64,000 nucleotides of DNA from the NCBI GenBank assembly GCA_963728405.1, contig CAVSJV010000017.1, positions 384,001 through 448,000 of the forward strand, given 5' to 3'. The translations under genes were made by a program, and so were the position numbers. Numbering within the stretch: the first letter of the stretch is position 1; each line of letters begins with the position of its first letter. Shown here in pieces: positions 9,079 through 20,568 of the stretch. The notes beneath the pieces were generated by a model. The model saw nothing but the letters and a program-made list of their open reading frames with translations, did not search any database and was not told where the DNA came from. This DNA comes from Methanomassiliicoccaceae archaeon (GTDB lineage Archaea > Thermoplasmatota > Thermoplasmata > Methanomassiliicoccales > Methanomassiliicoccaceae).

Positions 9079-12041
9079 TCACTCATTTGCAGCCTCTCCA
9101 GCTGACGCTGGGCCTGCCTTTGGCCGGGAGATTTCCCCGATGGTCACGATAGCAGAGGTAAACTTTCCTTCCTGGTCCACGACGGAGTTCCCGCTGAAGC
9201 TCCCAATAAAAGTATGATTTGTACCTTTGTTGCGAACCTGGAAATCCTGGTTGAAGAACGTCTCTCCCTTTATCGCCTTTTGAAATGGCCATTCCTCCGG
9301 CGGTATCGGCTTTCCGTCCTCGGTCCTAATATCGAGGGCCTGGGCATAATCTTCGACCCTTCGCACATCGAGCTGCTTCAACGCGGTGGGGTTGGCATAG
9401 ATCACCCGGCCGTTCTGGTCCAGCTCGATCAGGCCCGCGTTCATGCTCCTCAGGATCGCTTCTAACCGTTGGGCCTTCTTCTTTGCTTCCTCGACCGCAT
9501 CGACGACCTCTTTCTCCGCCCGCTTCCGGGAATTTATGTCCACGAAGGTTACCACCACCCCGTCCGGGGCATTCCCTTCGGTGCGGTAGGGAAGTAGTCG
9601 CATAAGGTACCATTCGCCATTCTTGGTGCGAACCTCCTGCTCCTCGGCCTTTAATGTGTTGATAACAGCTTTTGCTTTCGCGGTGAGATCGACCTCCAGA
9701 AGATCGGTGGAGAAAGCGGTCAACGGCCGGCCGAGGTCCGTCTGGACAAGGTTAACGAATCTCGTGGCCGGTTCGGTGAACCGCCGGAGCTTGAGCTTGG
9801 TGTCCAAGAAAATGATGGCGATCTCAGTGTTGTTGAGGAGATTCTTCAGATCATTGGTCACTCCGGCTTGCTTCTCGATGCGTTGCTGAAGTTCATTGTT
9901 AACGGTGAGCAGTTCTTCGTTCACCGATTGAAGCTCCTCTCTCGACGTCTCCAGTTCCTCGTTGGTGCTCTGGAACTCCTCATTGGTCGATTCCATCTCC
10001 TCGGTGAGAGACCTTATTTCCTCGCGCGAGGCCTCCAGCTCGGTGGTGGTAGCAGTTAATTGTTTCTCCGCCTCATCCAACCTTTCCTTGAACTCCTTAC
10101 ATTCTTGAACGACATGGTCCTGGCTCGTACGCTTCCCTGATCTGACGGGATGAGATTCCTCGAAGACCACGGCCAGCAATCCTTCTGTTTCCTCTCGGCC
10201 GAGGATGGGCATTACTCTAAGATCGACCGCTTCGGGATGCCCGTATACATCCACTTTGATGTTCTTGACCACGACCTCCTTTCCCTCTTTGCTTGCTCGG
10301 AGTATCCCCGAAGAAAGGTACGACTTGATGCCCTTGCGGGCCATCGACGATACATTGTTCGTTGCCTGGCCTGTGGCCGGTCGTAGGTACTTGCCGGTGT
10401 CACCGTGGATATAGACGACTTCGCCCGAGGCGTTGATGATCACCGTGGGAGGGGCCAGTTGATCGAGCAGGAACCGCTCCACTTCCGGGACGACTCCCCT
10501 CCAGTCCGGGCCGGTCATCTCATTGAGGGCGATCCTGGACCTCCCGCTCACGGCTTCGCCAGGAATCCGGGGGGATGCTGCTGCGGACGTCACTGCAGGC
10601 ATGGGATATTTCATGCGCTCAGCGATCCTTGCTTTATCATCCACCGGTTTGAAGAACTCGGAGAATGGATTTAGGGATTCCGAACCGCCCAGGAACAAGA
10701 GCGCACCTGGATTGGCCGCGTACGCGAATGTGGAGGCCACTCTCTGTTGAGCCTTGGGCTCGAGGTAGATCAAAAGGTTCCGGCAGCTTATCAGGTCGAT
10801 CCTTGAGAAGGGGGGATCATTGAGCAAGTTATGGATCGCGAACACCACCATCTCTCTCAGGGATTTCTTGACCCGATAACGTTCGTTCTCGAACACGAAG
10901 AACTTGCTCAATCTCTCTGCACCAACATCAGCCACGATGCTGTCCGGGTACAGTCCCGTCCTCGCTCGCTCGACCGCCTGGACGTCGATGTCGGTGCCGA
11001 AGATCTGGACATCCAGCTTGCGATGGGTCTCGTCCATGCATTCCTGCAGAAGGATGGCGATGGAGTAGACCTCTTCGCCGGTGGCGCAAGCGGGGACCCA
11101 GATCCTCAGGGCAGATAACTCGGTCCTTTCGGCCACGAGGTCGATCAGGATCCGTTCCTTGAGGGCAGCGAACGCATCGGGGTCCCGGAAGAACCTGGTG
11201 ACGGAAATAAGGAGATCCTTTTGCAACAGCTCAACCTCGTCCGGATTCGTTCTCAGGTAACCGATGTAGGCCGACAGATCCTGGAGATCGAGAATGCCCG
11301 CCCTCCGCTCCACCCTACGGAGGATGGTCTTCTTCTTGTAACTGGAAAAGTCGTTACCGGTCTGAGCCCGGACCAACTTAAGGATGCGATGGATGGCCTC
11401 TAAACCGGCCTCCGGCACATTCTCCCCAGCTTCCAGCGCCGCCACCCTATGACCGATGTACTTCATCAGCTGAGAGGGCATCTCCGACGGGGAGAGATGC
11501 AGTCGTCCACCAGACCGGTCTCCACGGCGCTCCGGGGCATGCCATCGTACTTGGCCGAGATGAAGTCCTGGGCCACGACCAGCCCGAGATACTCCTTGAT
11601 GTCCTTAACTCCCAGGGACCCGTCCGTTCCCGTTCCGGAGAGGACGATGGCCACCGCGTTCTCGCCCTTTGCTTCGGCCAGGGAACGGAAGAACAGGTCG
11701 ACGGGCATCTTCTTTTCACGCAAGTCCGTTCTCTTGACTCGATGAAGGGTGTTATCTTCGATGTAGACATACTCCTCGGCAGGGATGATGTAGACCTGAT
11801 TAGGCTGGACGTGAACTCCCTCCTCGACCGTATGGACCTCCATTTTCGTGTACCGACCGATGATCTCCACCAACATGCTGCGGTGGCTGGGGTCCAGATG
11901 GGTGATGATGACGAAAGCCATCCCGCTGTCGGAGGACATGTTCTGGAAGAACTGTTCAAGGGCCTCCAGTCCGCCTGCTGAGGCGCCTAGGCCAACCACC
12001 ACCGTATTATTTGGCGACCCATTGGACGAGGTATCGATCAC
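9079..12041 (-). CDS. CheB/CheR fusion with coiled coil and PAS domains (frameshift near 11495)
   Basis: GASAGG and LSGTGTDG (CheB); IWVPACATGEEVYS and DLISCRNLLIY (CheR); EELETSREELQSVNEEL coil. Confidence 0.92.
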
Positions 12042-12452
12042 GACTATCAGCTCCTTCTAGATTGGGGGGAGAGGAGACACTTTTCTTACTTTTTTTCGGC
12101 ATCTTGTTATCGGCACACATAACCATCCCTGCTTGGTCTAGCCCTGGTGGGAGTTGATCGTCGCGATCCAATACGGAACATTTCTCGAGGCCCTCATTTC
12201 TGGGTCGATAGATCGCGTATCGCTGTCTCCCTCTCAATTAGTGTTCTACGGTTTAACCCTATTCAACATCCTTGGGTTAGATTAGATACAGGGCTCTGGT
12301 CAGCAAATGTTTGATTCCGTGCCACTTGCCCAGTTGCCTCCGGCCGCACAGCGCCCAGCTGAGATGGCTAGAAATAAAAAGAAAGAGTTTGTGCAGAAAA
12401 CCCGCTGATTGAACCTTCTTCTTGTACTACTGGCTAGTCTGGATAGTGAGGG

Positions 12453-12465
12453 CCGGCGCCCGCAC
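12453..12465 (+). repeat. att core, right copy (displaced tRNA 3' end)
   Basis: CCGGCGCCCGCAC continuing as ...GCACCA and then a T7 run (12470-12476). Confidence 0.85.
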
Positions 12466-12534
12466 CACCTTTTTTTATCAAATCTACATGTTCTTCACCG
12501 TAACGCCTAAACTGATGATGCTGTCCGACCGACC

Positions 12535-13459
12535 TTGAGGGACAAACGGCAAAAACTAGCAGTTCCCTGCGGTATCGTGGATAGAAGCACCAAGCTCCCA
12601 TTGTTAGCGGCCGTCGTCCTGGTGATCTCGGTGATCGTCCCGATGGCCATGGCCATGACCCTGTTCGCCGGTGCGCTGGATGCCTTGGACCTGACGATAC
12701 AGGCCCTGCTGCTCACCACCATGGTACCATTGATCACCCTGTCCGCGTACATGTGGGCGACAGGAAAGGGGGCCATGCTGATCGCGGGCTATAACACATC
12801 GCCGAAGGCCGTTCGGGACATGTACGACTCTAGGGCCATGGCCAAGTTCGTTGGCATGTTGCTGATGATTTTCATGGCGATCATGCTGGCGGGTGTGGAG
12901 TCCCTGGTCCTGGTAGGAAACACAATGCTCTTCTGGGCCCTGTTCCTGATCAGTATCGGTATTCTGATCTCCGGAATTTATTATATAAACACGAGCGACC
13001 GGTTCCTGAAAGAAGGCGTGAATCCCCGGGACGCGAAGATGACCGCGGACGACAGGAAGCGCAACAGGAAGGTCCTGATCGCCGTCTTCACAGTCATCGC
13101 AATCATCCTGGTCGCCGTGTTCGCGTTAGTGGGGTCCGGTAGCGTGAGCGCATCGCTGGAGACGGACGGTCTCCACGTTCAGTGCCCCAGTAGTGAACGA
13201 ACTCATCCCCTACGAGGACGTGACCGCAATAGATCTGAGGGATAGTTTCGATGATGGCCGCCGCGTTGGCGGGTTCGGGGGAACGGAGGTGAGCAGTGGT
13301 CACTTCGAGAACGAGGAGTTCGGCAGGTACGTCCTGGCGAGGTACAACTCCGTTGATAGCTGCATCGTGGTGCATCATTCCGGCGAGGTGCTGGTGTTCA
13401 ATCTGGACACGACGGAAAGGACGATACACCTGTACGATGAGATGCGGTCGAGGTTATGA
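12535..13459 (+). CDS. Membrane protein, DUF3784-like with C-terminal bacterial PH-like domain (frameshift near 13185)
   Basis: MLIAGYNT motif and several TM helices; second frame has RVGGFGG...GHFENEEFGRYVL; start uncertain. Confidence 0.72.
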
Positions 13460-13791
13460 GGGCCTATCCCCCAGAAGACGGCTTTGATGGGATGCATCAT
13501 CTTAAAAAGGTCCTGCTTCCGGCGTTACGGTGGGTTAAGGAAGGATATCTCCCTGGTAAGGCGCAGACCCAAGTATGGAACGAAAACGAGCCACTTCTAG
13601 AAGGGCTCGTTGAGGGATTTTTTTACTTCGCGACCGAGGTATCGGAGGCGAAAAATGTTGAGAGTACTGGCTTACTTAGATGGTGAGGTCAGCGCCCACG
13701 CTACTAATAATATCTAGCATCCCCGACTTTTCGGCCATCAATGAGGTTTTGCGCACAGGCAGCTGCTCGATTCCCCGGGACCCGATTCCGC

Positions 13792-14379
13792 TCACCTACG
13801 GATGCCGTCCAGCCATACCTTCCGGACCGCCCCGCCCCCTACCCTCATGGCGTACCAGTACGGGGCGAATTTCAGTCGTCCATGGGGGCGGATGGCCAAG
13901 ACCCTTGTCTCAGTGATCGGACAAGTGCCCATTTCATGAGGAAGAATAAGGAAGTTGGCGGCGACCTTGATGGATCGAGGGTCATTGAGTTCAATGAACG
14001 CTCCCGGGTCCGACGACCTCAGCGTGTTCAAGTTATCCTCTTTCCAGAACCGCCCAACTTCCTGGGAGACTATCCCTCCGAACACCAGTTGCCATCCTCA
14101 CTCTCCCCTCAAGAGGCTGAACGGCAGAGGGCCGTCGCTCAGAAGGTGGTCCATCGGAGGGATATCGGCCTCGAACCGGGGGCCTTCCTGACCGTATAAC
14201 CGGTCGGGGATGAAACGCAAGGAGAACAGCAGCTCATAGGCGGGTGCGAGCTCCCCGCTTGTGACCGACCGCATCGCACGGTAGGTCGAGTCGGTTCGGG
14301 CACATATTATGATGTGGTGCCTCTCCCGGAAATCCCAAATGAGCATCGCCTTGTCGATGATAGCCCCTTGAAAGGCCAC
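13792..14379 (-). pseudogene. Degenerate conserved hypothetical protein (TETRV...F..YW type)
   Basis: Two in-frame ORFs separated by TGA at 14098-14100; DFRERH, GRFWK, KVAANF, TETRV and KFAPYW motifs. Confidence 0.65.
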
Positions 14380-14450
14380 GAGATTCCATCACAATGGAGA
14401 GATAAGGCCGTTGGCCTTGCTAGGGGGCATGTTCGGGCTTCCTTGGAACG

Positions 14451-15203
14451 TCAATGCCCTTGATCGAACAGGGCCAGTTCGAAACATTTTATGAACTCGA
14501 CGCCCTCCTTGTCCACCTGGAGATTCACCTGCCAGAATTCCACCCCATGTTCGGCGGCCTCCCTGGCGGCGTCCTGGATGCGAATGGTATGCCTATCCGG
14601 AACGGGTGGTGCGAAGATAGGGGCGTCATAGAGGAAGCACATCAGCATGATGGCCCGGGAGCCCGTCCCCACGGACGAAGCGATGTCGTGGAAGTGTTTG
14701 ATGAGGCGCTCGAAGTCCAGAAAAGGCGCAGCGGTCTTCTGGCATTGGGGATGGCCAGAGCAGTCGAGCATGTTCAGTGGGGTCTTGATCTCGATATAGT
14801 CCCGCCCGTTGATCCTGAAGTCGATGCGGGACAGCCCCAGTCTCACCTCCCGCTCGACCTCGCAGACCTCCCCGGTCATCGGAGCAAGGAGACCCTGCCG
14901 AACGAAGTGTTCGACATAGTCGTTGGCCCGGCCCTGATCGATGCCAACCCATTCTTTCTTGGCCCTATCCACCGGGTCGAGGGAGATCGCCTCCACCGTT
15001 CCACCGGTGGTTCGTCTTGGGTCATCGCTCAGCGACAGCAGGCAGGGGATGCCCAGGAAGCGTAGATTGCCGATCCGCCCGGTGCTGGGGCAATGGGCCT
15101 TGATGATCCGCCCATGCAGCTCCACCTCCATGATGAACCGGTTCGGACGGGCCCTTATCAGTCCTTCCTCAAGCGGCGGCTCGAACCTGTACTTCATGTT
15201 CAC
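14451..15203 (-). CDS. sfsA: SfsA-family nuclease-like protein
   Basis: RPNRFI...AHCPSTGR, SRIDF...YIEIK and AAEHGVE motifs. Confidence 0.85.
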   Translation of the reverse strand: MNMKYRFEPPLEEGLIRARPNRFIMEVELHGRIIKAHCPSTGRIGNLRFLGIPCLLSLSDDPRRTTGGTVEAISLDPVDRAKKEWVGIDQGRANDYVEHFVRQGLLAPMTGEVCEVEREVRLGLSRIDFRINGRDYIEIKTPLNMLDCSGHPQCQKTAAPFLDFERLIKHFHDIASSVGTGSRAIMLMCFLYDAPIFAPPVPDRHTIRIQDAAREAAEHGVEFWQVNLQVDKEGVEFIKCFELALFDQGH

Positions 15204-15346
15204 GCAACCGTGCTCGGCATTATCTTAGTTGTCCAAAGCCCCTTCTACCGCTGATCGTGATCGACCACCGCTCCTTCTGGACATCGGCCGGCCGAGGGCG
15301 TAATAGTTAATAGGCAGCTTTCTAAAATAGTTCATGGGGCGATCAT

Positions 15347-15724
15347 ATGAACCATACGATAGTACATTTCGAGATACCGGCGGATGACCTCGACAAGATG
15401 AAGCGGTTCTATGGCAACGTTTTTGGCTGGAAGATCGTGGACATTCCCCGGATGGACTACGTGATGTTCCAGACCGTGCCGACCGACGAGAGGGGCATGC
15501 TCAAGGAGCCGGGCCTTAACGGTGGGATGTACAAGCGGACGGCGAAGGAGCAGATGCCGATCAACTACATCAACGTCGAGTCGGTCGACGAATTCATCGA
15601 GCGTGTGGTGAAGAACGGAGGAAAGGTCCTGACCCAAAAGCAGCACATCCCCACGATCGGGTACACCGCCTGGATCGCCGATCCCGAAGGGAACCCGTTA
15701 GGCCTGTTGCAGCCGGAAATGTAG
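15347..15724 (+). CDS. VOC/glyoxalase family protein
   Basis: IVHFEIPADD...FYGNVFGW, NGG, DPEGNPLGL. Confidence 0.9.
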   Translation: MNHTIVHFEIPADDLDKMKRFYGNVFGWKIVDIPRMDYVMFQTVPTDERGMLKEPGLNGGMYKRTAKEQMPINYINVESVDEFIERVVKNGGKVLTQKQHIPTIGYTAWIADPEGNPLGLLQPEM

Positions 15725-15827
15725 AAGACTACCGTCCGCTTGAGTTCCGGACAACAGTGGGGCGGCAACGGTCATTGGCCCTGGTCCAGCGATGCGCAAC
15801 ATTCTCGGACCTTGTCCCGGTCCGCGC

Positions 15828-17624
15828 TCAGAACCCCTTCCAGCGCTGGCGGTGGTTGAACCTTGGCTGCTCGTGGGCATCGACCTTCTTGGAGCTGGGA
15901 GCTGGAACAGCGGCCGTCAGAGGGGCCGGTCCACGCGGGGGACGAGCGTATGTGGAGTCCATGCAGGTGCGGTCGTGGGTCACCTTCATCAAGAAGACGA
16001 ACCACAGGAAGTAGGCCAGCAGGATCACCAGAACGGCAGGCCAATACAGCGCGAAGACGAACGCCACGCTGGCAGCGGTGAGCAGGGTGATGAACACCAG
16101 CGATGCGACGTAACCGCTGATATAGATGTAATGACCAGGCATTGTTCCAAGGTTAGTGTAGTTGATCTGCTTCACCACCGGCCGAAGCTGGAGCTGGAGC
16201 ACGATCCACAGCGCGATGGTGGCGACCACCGAGATACCGAAGGCGATGTGATGTTGCTCACCTGACGTCAGGATGATCCCAAGAACCGAGGCGACGTAGG
16301 CGATCTGGGCGACCAGCAGCCGATGGGACCCTTTGTAGATGCGGTAGCCATTCCCTGGCAGGATCAGCTTGCTGAGCGTCCTGGAGATGAGCCCGGCGGA
16401 GTACTTGATGAAACGGGGCATCTTGCGGCCGATGACATCGGCGATGCGATTGCTCTTCACCATCAGGAAGGGACAGAGGGCGCTCATGATGAAAGTGAAC
16501 GCTCCCGCCAGCGGGTATAATTCGGCGCCTTTGGTGATGGTGGCCGCCTGCCGCCCCACACTGGCATAGAGGACCGACTCCGCACCGCGGGCGCACATGG
16601 ACGTCGAGACGGCGGTGGCCTGCCGGGAGCTGTAGCCCATGAAGTAGGAGACCGTGGCGGTGATCAGCACGTCGTCGATGAGCACGAGGACGACCGCTAC
16701 CGCCACGATGCCCATGACCGATGGGAACAGCCCGGGATCGATGAGCATGCCGAAGGCGATGAAGAACACCGCCACGAACGCGTCCCGGAACGGGGCCATC
16801 TTCTCCTTCATCCGCTCGGTGATCTTCGTCTCGGCGAAGGCCATGCCGATGAAGAACGCCCCGATCATGCCCGGGATCGAGCAAAGCTCGGCGATAGCGG
16901 CGGACAGACAGACCATGCCCAGCGCGAACAGAACGAACATCTCGTCGTTCTTCATCTTGACCAGGTGGGAGATGGTCTTGGGGATTACCAATAGGGCGAG
17001 GATGGCGAACAAGGTGACGAAGACCGCCGCGCCGACCACGAACCCGGTGAGAGAGGTATCGACGCCCGTCTTCACTATGAGCCCGCCGACCAGCGCCAGG
17101 AAGATGGCCGAGATGAAGTCCTCCACGACCATGACGCCGAGCAGGAAGTCCGTCTCGGGGTTGGAGAGCCGCTTCAGTTCCATGAGCGATTTCATCGCTA
17201 CCGCAGCGCAGCTCATGGAGATGACCGCAGCGAGGAAGATGGTATCGATGAGCGGCCAGCCCAGGGCGGTGCCCAGGAGGATGCCGGTGAAGAGATTGAC
17301 GCCAATGTTGATGACCGAGAGGATGATGGCCGGCCGTTCTACCTTCCGAAGCTTAGTGATAGAGAACTCCAGGCCGACGAAGAACATCAGGAGGATTATT
17401 CCCAGCTGGGAGATTACCGATATGAACGTGGTGTCCTGGATGAGACCATCATAACGGAACCCGGCGATATCCAGGTGGATGAACGGCCCAATGAGGACCC
17501 CAGCGACGATGTATCCGAGAACCACGCTCTGCTTGTAGCGGCTGGCCAAGGCTGCACCTATGAAAGCGACCAGCATGATCGCCCCGACCTCGAACATTAT
17601 GCTGCTCTCGTTCAGCCCTGTCAC
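15828..17624 (-). CDS. CPA2 cation:proton antiporter with extra C-terminal TM segments
   Basis: LGYIVAGVLIGP, LMFFVGLEFS, GVMVVED and FRDAFVAVFF motifs. Confidence 0.9.
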   Translation of the reverse strand: MTGLNESSIMFEVGAIMLVAFIGAALASRYKQSVVLGYIVAGVLIGPFIHLDIAGFRYDGLIQDTTFISVISQLGIILLMFFVGLEFSITKLRKVERPAIILSVINIGVNLFTGILLGTALGWPLIDTIFLAAVISMSCAAVAMKSLMELKRLSNPETDFLLGVMVVEDFISAIFLALVGGLIVKTGVDTSLTGFVVGAAVFVTLFAILALLVIPKTISHLVKMKNDEMFVLFALGMVCLSAAIAELCSIPGMIGAFFIGMAFAETKITERMKEKMAPFRDAFVAVFFIAFGMLIDPGLFPSVMGIVAVAVVLVLIDDVLITATVSYFMGYSSRQATAVSTSMCARGAESVLYASVGRQAATITKGAELYPLAGAFTFIMSALCPFLMVKSNRIADVIGRKMPRFIKYSAGLISRTLSKLILPGNGYRIYKGSHRLLVAQIAYVASVLGIILTSGEQHHIAFGISVVATIALWIVLQLQLRPVVKQINYTNLGTMPGHYIYISGYVASLVFITLLTAASVAFVFALYWPAVLVILLAYFLWFVFLMKVTHDRTCMDSTYARPPRGPAPLTAAVPAPSSKKVDAHEQPRFNHRQRWKGF

Positions 17625-17630
17625 CCATCC

Positions 17631-17773
17631 GCGGACCTGAAGGTAGGAGAGCCGCTGCTATGGGGCCGTAGACCTGACGACGACCAGAGCGCCGCCGCCT
17701 TACCCTACCGATCCTTCGCTAGTTGCCCTTCCTCCGCTCAGAAGTCCAGTGCATCCCGGGCGAAGTAAGACAT
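17631..17773 (-). promoter_or_regulatory. Candidate structured 5' leader with an 11-aa uORF
   Basis: Nested complementary segments 17631-35/17733-37, 17642-47/17704-09 and 17676-84/17691-99; uORF 17773-17738 MSYFARDALDF. Confidence 0.5.
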
Positions 17774-17850
17774 GGTACATACTTGATGTTTTCTAGGCCG
17801 GCCTTGGGCGGGGAAAAACGCCTTTAGCGGGACCGCGCATTGTACATGGG

Positions 17851-20568
17851 ATGAGAGGGCCATGGCACGCGCTCACCGCAGAACAGGCGATGGAGGGGTT
17901 GTCCACCTCACCGGCCGGGCTATCGCCATCAGAGGCCGACGCCCGCTTCGAGCGCCACGGTCCCAATGAGCTGACGGCCGCGAAAAGCTCGACCGCGCTG
18001 ACCCTTTTCATCAAGCAGTTCACCGATCCCCTGGTGCTCATATTGCTGGTGGCGGCGGCCATCTCCTTCAGCATCTGGCTTCTCGAAGGCGGGGTGGAGG
18101 AGCTATTCGATACGGTGGTCATCCTGGCCATCGTCATCATCAACGCCGCCCTGGGGTTCTACCAGGAGTACAAGGCGGAGCGAACCCTGGAAGCGCTCAG
18201 GGACCTCTCCTCCCCCCAGGCCACGGCGGTCAGGGACGGAAAGGAGACATCCATCCCCTCCAAGCGCCTGGTCCCCGGGGACGTCATCGTTCTGGCGACC
18301 GGCGACAAGATCGCCGCCGACGCCCGCCTGATGGAGGCGGTGAACCTGGAGATGAACGAGGCGTCCCTGACCGGCGAATCGAACCCCGTGTCGAAGACCG
18401 CATCCGGAACATACCCCGAGGACGCCCCGGTGGGGGACCGCCTGAACATGGTGCACTCCGGGACAGTGGTAGGCCGGGGGAGAGGCCGCGCGGTAGTCGT
18501 TGCCACCGGCATGTCCACCGAGCTGGGGAAGATCGCTGGACTGGTGGAGGAGGAGAACGAGCGAACCCCGTTGCAGAAAAAGCTGGCCCGCCTCACCGGT
18601 CAGCTGGGCATCGCCATAGTGGGCATAGCGGCGATCATCTTCCTGGTCGGCCTGGCGGAGAACGTCCCCCTGCTGGACATGTTCCTGACGGCGGTGTCCC
18701 TGGCGGTCGCGGCGATACCGGAGGGTTTGCCGGCGGTGGTGACGGTCTGCCTGGCCCTGGGCCTCGCCCGTATGGCGAGGAAGAACGCGTTGGTCCGCCG
18801 CCTTCCCGCCGTAGAGAGCCTGGGCAGCGCCACTGTGATCTGCACTGACAAGACCGGCACGCTGACCACCGGAGAGATGAGCGTGACCGAGGTCGCGCTG
18901 GTGCGGGACACGTTCCAGGTGACCGGGGAGGGCTACGCCCCGGTCGGCGAGATCAGAAATGGTAACGGCAAGGCGGAAGTGCGCAACGAACTGGCTTGGC
19001 TGGTGAGAGCGGGCGCGCTGTGCAATGATTCCAGACTGGTCAAGGAGAAGGGCTGGACGATACGGGGCGATACCACCGAGGGGACCCTCTTGGTGCTGGC
19101 GATGAAGGCCGGCGTGGAAGTGGACGGCCTGAGGGCCGAGTTCCCCCGGGTAGGGGAGGTGCCGTTCGACTCAGAGACCAAGCGGATGACCACCGTACAC
19201 GTCCGGGGTGGAACGAAGTTCGTGTTCACCAAGGGGGCCGCCGAGAGCGTGCTGCCTTTATGCGTTAAGGCCCTGGTCGACGGCCGCGCGGTCGACCTGT
19301 CCGCCGAGCTGCACCAAAAGCTCGCGGAGAAGGACCAAGAGATGGCCAGTCGGGCGCTCCGAGTGCTCGCTGTGGCCATGAAGGAGGCGGCTGACGACGG
19401 CCCGGCCGAACTTGGACTGACGTTCCTTGGACTGGTCGGGATGATCGACTCCCCCCGGCCGGAAGCGGTCAGGGCGATCGAACGGTGCCGGACCGCGGGC
19501 ATCCGGACCATCATGATCACCGGAGACCATGAGCGAACGGCGGAGGCCATCGCCCGGCAGATGGGCATCGGCGACGGGAGGACGGCGGCGATCTCGGGCA
19601 AGGAGCTGGCAGCGATGGCACCGGAGGACCTCGCCTCCCGGGTCAGAAAGGCCAGCGTCTTCGCGCGCGTCTCTCCGGAGCACAAGGTCAACATCGTGGA
19701 GGCGCTACAGAGGAATGGCCAGGTGGTGGCGATGACCGGCGATGGGGTGAACGACGCCCCGGCGCTGAAAAAGGCGGACATCGGGGTGGCCATGGGCATC
19801 ACCGGCACCGACGTGGCCAAGGAGTCGGCGGACATCGTGCTCACCGACGATAACTTCGCCTCCATCGCCGCGGCGGTCGAGGAGGGCAGGGGCATCTACG
19901 ACAATATCCAGCGGTTCGTCGGCTATCTGCTATCGTGCAACGGAGGCGAGATCGCGCTCATCTTCGCGGCGACCGTGCTGTTCACCGAGCCGGGCTTCCT
20001 GCCGTTTCTCCTACCGATCCAGATCCTCTGGGTCAACCTGGTCACCGACAGCTTCCCGGCCTTGGCCCTGGGGGTGGAGCCGACCGACCCTCGGGTGATG
20101 GAGCGCTGCCCCCGGGATCCCAAGGAAGGGGCGGTAAATCGGAGGGCGGTCTTCCGCATCCTCCTTATCAGTGCGGCCATGGCCGCCGCCGGTCTAATGG
20201 CGTTCCAGTTGAGCCTGGACATGAACGCCGACGTGGGCAGGGCGAGGACGGCGGCCTTCTGCACCCTGGTCCTCACCCAGCTGTTCATGGTGTTCTCCTT
20301 CCGCTCCGAACGCTCCTCCGTGCTCAGGACCGGGCTGAGGGGCAATCCCCGCCTCCTGTACGCCGTCCTGGTATCCGGGGCGCTGCAGCTGGTGGTGGTC
20401 TATGTTCCGTTCCTGAGCGCGGCGTTCAGGACGGTACCCCTGGAGGCGGAGTGGCTGTTCATAATCCCCCTCGCTCTGCTCGGCCTGATCGTCAATGAGG
20501 CCGCTAAGTATCTAGACGGCAGGGTGCATCGGGATGAGATCTGCGAGGTGAGAACGGATGGAGATTGA
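17851..20568 (+). CDS. P-type IIA (Ca2+-type) cation-transporting ATPase
   Basis: [36 protein letters not shown] and WVNLVTD motifs. Confidence 0.95.
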   Translation: MRGPWHALTAEQAMEGLSTSPAGLSPSEADARFERHGPNELTAAKSSTALTLFIKQFTDPLVLILLVAAAISFSIWLLEGGVEELFDTVVILAIVIINAALGFYQEYKAERTLEALRDLSSPQATAVRDGKETSIPSKRLVPGDVIVLATGDKIAADARLMEAVNLEMNEASLTGESNPVSKTASGTYPEDAPVGDRLNMVHSGTVVGRGRGRAVVVATGMSTELGKIAGLVEEENERTPLQKKLARLTGQLGIAIVGIAAIIFLVGLAENVPLLDMFLTAVSLAVAAIPEGLPAVVTVCLALGLARMARKNALVRRLPAVESLGSATVICTDKTGTLTTGEMSVTEVALVRDTFQVTGEGYAPVGEIRNGNGKAEVRNELAWLVRAGALCNDSRLVKEKGWTIRGDTTEGTLLVLAMKAGVEVDGLRAEFPRVGEVPFDSETKRMTTVHVRGGTKFVFTKGAAESVLPLCVKALVDGRAVDLSAELHQKLAEKDQEMASRALRVLAVAMKEAADDGPAELGLTFLGLVGMIDSPRPEAVRAIERCRTAGIRTIMITGDHERTAEAIARQMGIGDGRTAAISGKELAAMAPEDLASRVRKASVFARVSPEHKVNIVEALQRNGQVVAMTGDGVNDAPALKKADIGVAMGITGTDVAKESADIVLTDDNFASIAAAVEEGRGIYDNIQRFVGYLLSCNGGEIALIFAATVLFTEPGFLPFLLPIQILWVNLVTDSFPALALGVEPTDPRVMERCPRDPKEGAVNRRAVFRILLISAAMAAAGLMAFQLSLDMNADVGRARTAAFCTLVLTQLFMVFSFRSERSSVLRTGLRGNPRLLYAVLVSGALQLVVVYVPFLSAAFRTVPLEAEWLFIIPLALLGLIVNEAAKYLDGRVHRDEICEVRTDGD

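Larger units (their letters stand above)
5363..12465. mobile_element. tRNA-Gly-integrated genomic island (defective integrative element)
   Basis: 13-bp direct repeat CCGGCGCCCGCAC at 5363-5375 and 12453-12465; integrase remnant next to the tRNA. Confidence 0.88.

Noticed and set aside
13456-13686. 76-aa ORF after the DUF3784-like gene
   Set aside because: Atypical codon usage and no recognisable features; not supportable as a gene.
14098-14100. In-frame TGA as selenocysteine
   Set aside because: No redox-motif context, and a probable second nonsense codon in the same gene points to decay.
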